The translations under genes were made by a program, and so were the position numbers. The notes under the pieces were generated by a model that was not told where the DNA came from, did not search any database, and saw nothing but the letters and a program-made list of their open reading frames with translations. This document shows, one piece after another, positions 16,469 through 26,013 of a stretch of DNA of 32,000 bases (positions within the stretch are counted from its first letter, which is position 1; the number at the start of each line of letters is the position of its first letter). Source of the stretch: Edaphobacter aggregans (lineage in GTDB: Bacteria; Acidobacteriota; Terriglobia; Terriglobales; Acidobacteriaceae); contig NZ_RSDW01000001.1 in NCBI RefSeq assembly GCF_003945235.1, positions 360,001-392,000 of the forward strand, read 5' to 3'.

Positions 16469-16519
16469 AATCTCTATGCATAAATATACATCAATAATGT
16501 ATATTTATGCATAGAGATT
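16469..16519. promoter_or_regulatory. probable ArgR operator: two ARG-box-like cores within a perfect palindrome
   Basis: The arms AATCTCTATGCATAAATATACA (16469-16490) and TGTATATTTATGCATAGAGATT (16498-16519) are exact reverse complements. The cores TGCATAAATATACA (16477-16490) and TGTATATTTATGCA (16498-16511) are 21 bp centre to centre. Each matches TGAATWWWWATTCA at 11 of 14 positions. The site lies between divergent gltB and argR. Confidence 0.7.
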
Positions 16520-16582
16520 GTTCCTGTCTGTTCAGCGCCGGTCCAAGATTTAATTGGTGACTGAAGAAGGTAAAAAATATTC

Positions 16583-17026
16583 ATGAAACAACAGCGTCAT
16601 ACCGTAATCCGTGAACTCCTGACCAGAACGGCGGTTCCCAGCCAGGATGAATTACGGCGAAAATTAGCAGGACGTGGATTCCATGTTACACAGGCAACGC
16701 TCTCTCGTGACATCCATGAGCTGAAATTATCTAAAGGTCCAGATGGCTATTCCCTACCAGCAGGAATAGATGCGGAAGAAGAATCTTCTCTACCAGGAAT
16801 CCGTGAAGTACTTGAAAGCTTCGGTTTAGAAGTGCGCCAGGCAAAAAATCTTCTTGTACTGGTAACAACAACTGGAAGTGCCCAGCCAATAGCAGCCGGC
16901 ATCGATTATGAAGACTGGCCTGAGGTTGTTGGAACGATCGCGGGCGACGACACTGTGCTGATTATTTGCCCGGATGAAGAGCAGGGTACAACATTGAAGG
17001 TACGAATAGAAGGATACATTGGCTAA
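16583..17026 (+). CDS. argR: arginine repressor
   Basis: 147 aa. The N-terminal winged helix QDELRRKLAGRGFHVTQATLSRDIHELKL and the C-terminal oligomerisation/arginine-binding part GTIAGDDTVLII match ArgR/AhrC. Confidence 0.92.
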   Translation: MKQQRHTVIRELLTRTAVPSQDELRRKLAGRGFHVTQATLSRDIHELKLSKGPDGYSLPAGIDAEEESSLPGIREVLESFGLEVRQAKNLLVLVTTTGSAQPIAAGIDYEDWPEVVGTIAGDDTVLIICPDEEQGTTLKVRIEGYIG

Positions 17027-18149
17027 TTTGGCTATACCAAGCCCATCAACGGGCACAGTGGACAAACCCATAGGTGAAACTGTATCTGCCCCACCACGCA
17101 CGGCGGTCGCAGGCGTGAGTGGGTTTGCTGGCGGTGAACTTGCGCGCCTCCTGCTAAATCATCCTCGCCTTCAAGGAGAAACGCCGGTCTTCTTTGGCCG
17201 TGCAGGCGAGGCAGAAGTGGGGGCATCGACCTATCTTCATGATCTCCATCCTCAGTTAGCCACTGCAGGAAATATGCCCTCAAACCCGGTTCTGCCCTTC
17301 AGTTGGGACCGAATCGCCGACACCGGTATAGAGGTGCTGTTTCTAGCAACGCCACATGAGCAATCGCGCGAGTGGGCTCCTGAGGCCATCGAGCGTGGAA
17401 TCAAGGTAATTGATCTAAGCGGAGCATGGCGTTTACAGGAGACGCGGAATCGCGATGTCTATCGGCTGAAGGATACAGACCCTACGGCCGCTGCGGCATT
17501 ACAGTCCGAGGCCGTCTACGGTTGTCCCGAACTCCATCGGGATGCGATCAGGAAGGCGCGTCTGGTGGCTAATCCAGGATGCTACGCAACCTCCATCATT
17601 CTCGGTCTGGCTCCGTTGCTACAGGCGGGACTGGTCGATCTTGAGTATGGAATTATCTGCGACGCGAAGTCAGGCGTTAGCGGGGCCGGCAAGGCGGCAA
17701 CTGCCAAAACTCACTTTATGTATGCGGCAGATAATCTCTCTGCATATGCGGTTTTCGGACATCGCCACACTGGCGAACTGCTCGAACAGCTTCATCTGGA
17801 GATTAACCAGATTCAATTTACGCCGCACCTATTGCCGATCCCACGTGGGATACTTTCCACGATTTACCTGCGGTTCAAACAGACAATGGCACCAGCAGGC
17901 GTCAGCGCTCTTATTGGGAAGTTTTATCAGGATAGCCCAATGGTTCGTCTTCATTCGACGCCCCACTTGCCGCAGATCCAGCACATCGTTCGCACGAATT
18001 TCTGTGATCTCGGATTCGAGCTCGGCCCCGACGGCAAACGGCTGGTGATGGTCTCATGTCTTGACAATCTTTTAAAGGGCGCAGCCGGTCAGGCTGTGCA
18101 GAATATGAATCTTATGTGTGGGTGGAACGAACAGGAGGGCTTGCTTTGA
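17019..18149 (+). CDS. argC: N-acetyl-gamma-glutamyl-phosphate reductase
   Basis: Carries VAGVSGFAGGELARLL (NAD-binding) and the active-site ANPGCYATS. The track start is a TTG overlapping the argR end, so the true start is uncertain (an in-frame GTG lies at 17058). Confidence 0.9.
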   Translation: MANLAIPSPSTGTVDKPIGETVSAPPRTAVAGVSGFAGGELARLLLNHPRLQGETPVFFGRAGEAEVGASTYLHDLHPQLATAGNMPSNPVLPFSWDRIADTGIEVLFLATPHEQSREWAPEAIERGIKVIDLSGAWRLQETRNRDVYRLKDTDPTAAAALQSEAVYGCPELHRDAIRKARLVANPGCYATSIILGLAPLLQAGLVDLEYGIICDAKSGVSGAGKAATAKTHFMYAADNLSAYAVFGHRHTGELLEQLHLEINQIQFTPHLLPIPRGILSTIYLRFKQTMAPAGVSALIGKFYQDSPMVRLHSTPHLPQIQHIVRTNFCDLGFELGPDGKRLVMVSCLDNLLKGAAGQAVQNMNLMCGWNEQEGLL

Positions 18150-18928
18150 GATTTGTCGTCAAACTAGGTGGTGCGGCCCTTGAAGACAAGAAGCTACTTC
18201 ATGCATGCGGCAAAGCAATCGCTGAGCTTGTAGCTGACGGAAATCAAGTTGCGGTCGTCCATGGCGGCGGGGTCCAGCTGACGCGGACGCTGGCTCAACT
18301 CGGAAAGAAGAGTGAGTTCGTTGCGGGCTTACGAATCACGGACGCCGAGACGCGAGACGCCGCACTCATGGTGCTGGCTGGAAGAGTCAACAAGTCGCTG
18401 GTCGCGGCGATTGGGTCTCACGGTCAATCAGCTGTAGGCCTCTCCGGAGGCGACGGACACGTGTTTCGCGCCCGCAAGAAAAAAACGAACCCGGATCTCG
18501 GTTTCGTTGGCGAGATAGCCGCTTCAGATCCGCGCTGGCTCGAGGCGATATGGACGATGGGTGCAGTACCAGTTATATCGTCGATTGCATTGGGCTTCGA
18601 TGGCGAGTACTACAATGTCAATGCCGATGAGATGGCCGCTTCCTGTGCCATCTCAACCCGTGCCGACACGCTTGTCTTCCTTACCGATGTGCCAGGAGTA
18701 AAAGGCGCGGACGGGAATGTGATGCGCTGGCTATCTCTGCCTCAGATCCCGTTGCTGGAGAAGCAACAGATCGTCTCTGGCGGAATGCTGCCTAAATTGA
18801 ACGCCTGTCGCGAAGCTCTCCTTAATGGAGTTAAGCGCGTGCGTATCCTGCCTGCGGAATCGGCATTGCTGTTGCCCGATCTCTGCTCAACACGGGTGAA
18901 CGATGGAACGGAGGTCATGGTCGCATGA
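18146..18928 (+). CDS. argB: acetylglutamate kinase
   Basis: Carries FVVKLGGAAL, VVHGGGVQ and NVNADEMA. The track start at 18116 is a GTG. The TTG at 18146 overlaps the argC TGA (TTGA) and has AGGAGG 7 nt upstream, so I prefer 18146. Confidence 0.9.
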   Translation: MRFVVKLGGAALEDKKLLHACGKAIAELVADGNQVAVVHGGGVQLTRTLAQLGKKSEFVAGLRITDAETRDAALMVLAGRVNKSLVAAIGSHGQSAVGLSGGDGHVFRARKKKTNPDLGFVGEIAASDPRWLEAIWTMGAVPVISSIALGFDGEYYNVNADEMAASCAISTRADTLVFLTDVPGVKGADGNVMRWLSLPQIPLLEKQQIVSGGMLPKLNACREALLNGVKRVRILPAESALLLPDLCSTRVNDGTEVMVA

Positions 18929-20167
18929 ACTTGGCATCAATTCAGGCCGCAGAGAAGAAGTTACTTCTCCAGACATACGAGCGGAATCCCTATCTTTTCG
19001 TAAGCGGAAAAGGCGTCTATCTGCGCGACGAAAACGGCGATGACTATCTTGACCTTCTAAGCGGCATCGGCGTGTCTGCACTGGGTTATGCGCATCCCGC
19101 GATTGAAGAAGCAATTCAACACCAGAGCGCTCGCCTGCTGCATACCTCTAACCTCTACTATCACGAAGGCACAGCGAATCTCGCGCTACGGCTGACGGAG
19201 ATCAGTGGCCTTGATCGCGTCTTCTTCTGCAACAGCGGCACCGAAGCATGGGAAGCCGCACTAAAGCTGGCACGTGCCCACGCACTACGTCTGCGGACGA
19301 ACGGCAAGCATATCGGTACCAGGTTTCTAGCGCTCGAACATAGCTTCCACGGGAGAACGATGGGTTCCGTTGCAACGACCCATAAGGAAAAGTACCGCGA
19401 ACCCTTCGCACCCGTGATGCCGGACGTGGAATTTGTTCGGTTCAACGATGTCAGCGACCTGAAAGCAAAATTCTCCTCTGAAGTCTGTGCAATCTGTATC
19501 GAGCCCATTCAAGGAGAGGGCGGCATCCGTCCCGTCTCCCACGAGTTCTTTGCCGCTGCACGTGAACTCTGCAACTCTACTGGCGCTCTGCTGCTTGCCG
19601 ATGAAATCCAAAGTGGCCTCGGGCGTACAGGAAAGTGGTTTGCCTATCAGCACTACGGCATACAACCGGATGTCACAACACTGGCGAAGCCTATCGCCGG
19701 CGGCATTCCAATGGGCGCGATGCTCTGCACCGAAGATGCTGCGCTCGCCTTTACGCCTGGGATGCATGGTACTACCTTTGGTGGTGGACCTCTTGCCTGC
19801 AATGTCGCGATTGCCGTCATCGACACAATGCAGCAACGAAACCTGCTGGCACATATCAACGACGTCGGCGCATTCTTCCGTGCAGAGTTGCAGACACTGG
19901 CCACACGCCACGATTGCGTTGTAGATGTTCGCGGTACAGGTCTAATGCTGGGTCTCGAACTCAACTCCGCAGATCTCGCGCAGCGAGTGGCCGCCCAGAT
20001 GATGGAGCGACGCATCATCATCAACAGAACCAGCGAAACCGTTCTTCGCTTTCTGCCTCCTTATATTCTCGAACGGAAACACGTTGAGATTGCCATCAAC
20101 GCATTGGATGAACTATTGAAGCTCAACGCAGCATACGCTGGCGCCTCGCCGGCAGGAGAACAAACTC

Positions 20168-20175
<8 letters not shown>
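18925..20175 (+). CDS. argD: acetylornithine aminotransferase (class III PLP aminotransferase)
   Basis: Carries FFCNSGTEAWEAALKLAR, LLADEIQSGLGRTGKWFA and TLAKPIAGGIPMGA (PLP lysine region). The ATGA overlap with the argB stop suggests translational coupling. Confidence 0.9.
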
Positions 20176-22652
<2,477 letters not shown>

Positions 22653-22765
22653 CCGCATTCATCGATTACTCAAACTACCGGGTGGCCCATCCTTTCACAG
22701 TCTCATCGTGAACGGGTGGGGTATAGAGCGAAGCTCGACCGCGCTCCTCCACCCGCAACAAACTC

Positions 22766-22819
22766 GTCATCCTGAGCGAACCCTGAGCTTGTCGAAGGGG
22801 AGTCGAAGGACCCCGATAC
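22766..22819. repeat. dispersed intergenic element, copy D (GTCATCCTGAGCGAACCCTGAGCTTGTCGAAGGGGAGTCGAAGGACCCCGATAC)
   Basis: Head and tail are shared with copy C at 11608-11650. It lies between argG and the small ORF. Confidence 0.7.
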
Positions 22820-22953
22820 ACTCGACCTCACCCAAATCGCTCGAACCATTCAGCCACCTAGCCTTCTTCAACCGCAGCAAGAACGTTAAGGGCACTCCTT
22901 CAGCCGTGCCACAGCCACCAACCGCGACTCTAGCCGCTGAGGTAAACGAGGAT

Positions 22954-23406
22954 ATGGTTTCCAGCCCTCACCGACGCGCTGGAACTTGGTTGGATTACGT
23001 TCGGAATTCTACGTGCGCTTCGCTACTGCTCATCTGCTCTTCTGCAATGAGTGGAGAGATTGTTCGAGTACGCGTTCTGGATGCACACAATGGTCGACCG
23101 GTACACGCAGAGAAGGTGAACGTCACGATCCGCGGCATGCGGGATGACGTTACTTACACAACCGATGCAAACGGAACCTTTGTTATCGATGTGGGCCCAG
23201 GCAAAGAGCTACGGGCTAGTACTGAGTGGAGAATCACTTGCCGTGATAAGCGAAGCACCGCGCCGCCCATGTTTGACGTTGAAGAGATCCTTAAACGAGG
23301 TGTCATCGAACCGAATACCTGCGGGAATGCGAAGACTGAGCTGATCCCAGGAACTATCACGATCTTCACGCGCAAAGCTACCTTCTTCGAAAACATGGCA
23401 AGATAA
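22954..23406 (+). CDS. hypothetical small, probably secreted protein with a carboxypeptidase-regulatory-like (transthyretin-like) beta-sandwich signature
   Basis: The track ORF 22708..23406 reads through repeat copy D, so I start at the first ATG after it. It has a signal-like CASLLLICSSA|MSG, then IVRVRVLDAHNGRPVHAEKVNVTI...TTDANGTFVIDV, which is typical of CarboxypepD_reg-like domains. An in-frame TTG at 22990 is an alternative start. Confidence 0.55.
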   Translation: MVSSPHRRAGTWLDYVRNSTCASLLLICSSAMSGEIVRVRVLDAHNGRPVHAEKVNVTIRGMRDDVTYTTDANGTFVIDVGPGKELRASTEWRITCRDKRSTAPPMFDVEEILKRGVIEPNTCGNAKTELIPGTITIFTRKATFFENMAR

Positions 23407-23441
23407 GACGCTTAACAACTAGTGGCACAGAACGAGAGAAA

Positions 23442-24947
23442 ATGTCCGAACAACAACAACCCGCAAAGATGTGGTCCGGCCGTTTCCGCGAACCACTCGA
23501 TCCAACCTTTGAACAGTGGCAGCGCTCTTTTCCCTTCGATGTGCGACTACTCCCTCAGGAAATAGCCGCATCCTCCGCCCATGCGAAGATGCTCGCTGCT
23601 GCCGGGGTACTCACCCCCGATGAACTCACCAAAATGATCCACGGACTCGAGCAAGTTCTCCCCTCAGCGACCGACCAGGCGGAGAAACTGATCGAGCCTT
23701 TCTCGGACCACGCGAAGAATGCCCTTCACTCCAAGGTTGGCTTCAACATCCCTCTGAACGAGATGATTGTCGCTCTCAATCCTGATGCTGAGGACATCCA
23801 CCACTTCGTCGAGCTCCAACTCACCAAGATCATTGGTGGCCTCGCACTCAAACTCCACACCGGTCGCAGCCGCAACGAACAGATCGCCACCAACATGCGT
23901 CTCTTCGTACGCGGCGCCATTGACTCAGCCCTTGAGGACCTCCTTAGCTGGCGCAAGGCTCTGATCGATCTTGCCGCTGCCGCCGGAGAGGCAGTCATGC
24001 CCTCCTACACCCACCTCCAGCGTGCCGAACCCGTACTAGTCGCACACTGGCTGCTCGCCTACGTCAGCATGCTCGAGCGCGATAGCAGCCGTCTCGCCGA
24101 CTGCCGCAAGCGCATGAACCTCTGCCCTCTCGGCTCCGGCGCCGTAGCTGGCGCAACCCTCGCTCTCGATCGCACCATCGCAGCCAAAGCGCTGGACTTC
24201 GACGCACCCACCCCAAACAGCATGGATGCCACCAGCGACCGCGATTTCGCACTCGAGTTCACGCAGGCTCTCTCCACGCTCGGCATCCATATCTCGCGCT
24301 TCGCCGAAGAGCTTACCCTTTACTCGACCGCCGAGTTCGGCTTCCTCGATCTGCCTGAGGCCTTCTCTACTGGTTCAAGTGCGATGCCGCAGAAGAAGAA
24401 TCCCGATCTCACCGAGTTGATCCGTGGCAAATCGGCTCGTCTCCTCGGAGCTGCTGTCACCCTGAGCACGCTAATCAAGGGGCTTCCGCTCGCCTATAAC
24501 AAAGACCTTCAAGAAGGCCAGGAACCTGTCTTCGATGCTGCCGACACAATTGACGGCATCCTGAAAGTAATGCCCTCGTTTACTCGAGCACTACGCTTCC
24601 GGTTCGACAAGATGCGTACCGCATCGCAAACTGGCTACCTCAACGCGATGGCTGCCGCGACTTATCTCACTGAAAAGGCAGTTCCCTTCCGAAAGGCTCA
24701 TGAGAAGATCGGAAACGCTGTCCGGCTAGGTCTTGAGACCGGCCGCGAACTACAGGAACTCACTCTCGACGAGCTTCGTGCCTTCGGACCGGAGTTCGGA
24801 GAGGACTTCTTCGCCGCGATCACTCTCGAAGCCACCCTGGACTGCCACGACGTCATCGGCGGCACAGCGCGCACCCGGGTCCGTGCTGCACTGGAAGATG
24901 CCCGGCGAAAGATTGCGGCAGAGACGGAAAGCAATCTGCGAAAATAG
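23442..24947 (+). CDS. argH: argininosuccinate lyase
   Basis: 501 aa. Carries MWSGRF, HTGRSRNEQIATNMRL, MPSYTHLQRAEP and the signature GSSAMPQKKNPD. Confidence 0.93.
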   Translation: MSEQQQPAKMWSGRFREPLDPTFEQWQRSFPFDVRLLPQEIAASSAHAKMLAAAGVLTPDELTKMIHGLEQVLPSATDQAEKLIEPFSDHAKNALHSKVGFNIPLNEMIVALNPDAEDIHHFVELQLTKIIGGLALKLHTGRSRNEQIATNMRLFVRGAIDSALEDLLSWRKALIDLAAAAGEAVMPSYTHLQRAEPVLVAHWLLAYVSMLERDSSRLADCRKRMNLCPLGSGAVAGATLALDRTIAAKALDFDAPTPNSMDATSDRDFALEFTQALSTLGIHISRFAEELTLYSTAEFGFLDLPEAFSTGSSAMPQKKNPDLTELIRGKSARLLGAAVTLSTLIKGLPLAYNKDLQEGQEPVFDAADTIDGILKVMPSFTRALRFRFDKMRTASQTGYLNAMAAATYLTEKAVPFRKAHEKIGNAVRLGLETGRELQELTLDELRAFGPEFGEDFFAAITLEATLDCHDVIGGTARTRVRAALEDARRKIAAETESNLRK

Positions 24948-24965
24948 CTTAGGAGCATATTTCCT

Positions 24966-25589
24966 TTGTCGAGTTATTCCCCCATGGCCGTGAGTGAATC
25001 GACTTCGTCGTCGCGTCCACGTGTGGGCGGAGCCGTAGTGCGCAAGGCCAAGCTGCAGGACGCCGTAAACATCTTCGAATTGGTCAACTCCCTGTCCGGT
25101 GATGGGACCCTGCTGCGTCGGAGCTACGCCGAGATCTGCGAGAACGTCCGCGACTTCACGGTCGCCGAATCGGAGAGCGGCGTGTTTCTCGGCTGTGGGG
25201 CACTGCATCTTTATGGGCCGCATCTGGCTGAGGTGCGCTCGATTGTCGTAAAGCCAGAGGCGAAGGGCCAGGGCGCCGGCGGCAAGGTGCTACGCGCGTT
25301 GCTGACCGAGGCCGAAGATCAGGGAGTGACCGCTGTCTGCCTGTTCACGCGAATTCCCGACTTCTTCTTTCACTTTGCCTTCCGTGTAGTTGATCGAACC
25401 GCTTTACCGGACAAAATCTACAAAGACTGCCAGACCTGTCCGCGGCTCTATGCGTGCGACGAGGTTGCCATGGTACGCGGCCCCCTGCCAAAGATCGCGG
25501 TTCTCGGGCCCAGTCGGTTTTCCCAACCTGAGCTTGTGAAGTTGCAGACTGGAACGTTGACCTCTACCGTCGGAAAATCTGACTCGTAG
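24966..25589 (+). CDS. GNAT-family short N-acetylglutamate synthase (S-NAGS, Rv2747-like)
   Basis: VVRKAKLQDAVNIFELV...FTVAESESGVFLGCGALHLYGPHLAEVRSIVVKPEAKGQGAGGKVL...VCLFTRIPDFF aligns by eye with M. tuberculosis Rv2747 (VVRRARTSDVPAIKQLV...FWVAE...VVGCGALHVLWSDLGEIRTVAVDP...GHGIG...VFVLTFETEFF, from memory). It lies immediately downstream of argH. The TTG start at 24966 has AGGAG 10 nt upstream, and the ATG at 24984 is an alternative. Confidence 0.7.
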   Translation: MSSYSPMAVSESTSSSRPRVGGAVVRKAKLQDAVNIFELVNSLSGDGTLLRRSYAEICENVRDFTVAESESGVFLGCGALHLYGPHLAEVRSIVVKPEAKGQGAGGKVLRALLTEAEDQGVTAVCLFTRIPDFFFHFAFRVVDRTALPDKIYKDCQTCPRLYACDEVAMVRGPLPKIAVLGPSRFSQPELVKLQTGTLTSTVGKSDS

Positions 25590-25768
25590 ATTGATCTCCC
25601 TCGCCCATTCCGCCCGAGTAAGGCGGACGAATCCCCCTTATAGGTTCACTCAGTTTTCCACAGCGGATTTCTGTCAAGCCCGACACCAGACTATCTCCCT
25701 TTAAATCAATGACAAACGCTTGCCGGATGAGTCTCCTAAATCAGCTAAACTAGAAGTCGAGCTAAAAA

Positions 25769-25798
25769 GAAAGCCCCGGTCCGCTAACCGGGGCTTTC
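25769..25798. terminator. bidirectional intrinsic terminator between the convergent arg operon and pnp
   Basis: Perfect 12-bp stem GAAAGCCCCGGT / ACCGGGGCTTTC with the loop CCGCTA. It is flanked by AAAAA on the left (TTTTT on the minus strand) and by TATTTCTCT on the right. Confidence 0.7.
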
Positions 25799-25962
25799 TA
25801 TTTCTCTAAATATCCCTACCCGAAGTCCGGACTCATGTCTTTTACTTTGAATACTTTAGCACCTATAGTAGGGATGTAGAGTACTAGGATGCCAAAGTCT
25901 GCAATTTCAGCTCGCGGCTTCAGACCGGTTTTACGCTCGCCTGAGCCAAGCGCACAAAACCA

Positions 25963-25986
25963 AAGGCGCCCCTCGCGGAGCGCCTT
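25963..25986 (-). terminator. candidate proximal terminator of pnp
   Basis: 7-bp GC-rich stem AAGGCGC / GCGCCTT with a 10-nt loop, followed on the minus strand by TGGTTTTGTG. It lies about 30 nt after the pnp stop. Confidence 0.45.
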
Positions 25987-26013
25987 CGTTGGCACCATTG
26001 ATTACACAAAGGA

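Noticed and set aside
22708-22953. The N-terminal 82 codons of track ORF 22708..23406.
   Set aside because: This part is the translation of the dispersed repeat (…HPERTLSLSKGSRRTP…) and its flanks. Equivalent pseudo-peptides arise at the other repeat copies.
25799-25962. A candidate small RNA in the ~165-nt AT-richer segment bracketed by two terminator-like hairpins downstream of pnp.
   Set aside because: A simpler reading exists. The arg operon and pnp converge, the hairpin at 25769-25798 is bidirectional and can terminate the arg operon, and the hairpin at 25963-25986 terminates pnp. I found no convincing promoter, and the 60-aa ORF 25816..25998 runs through a terminator.
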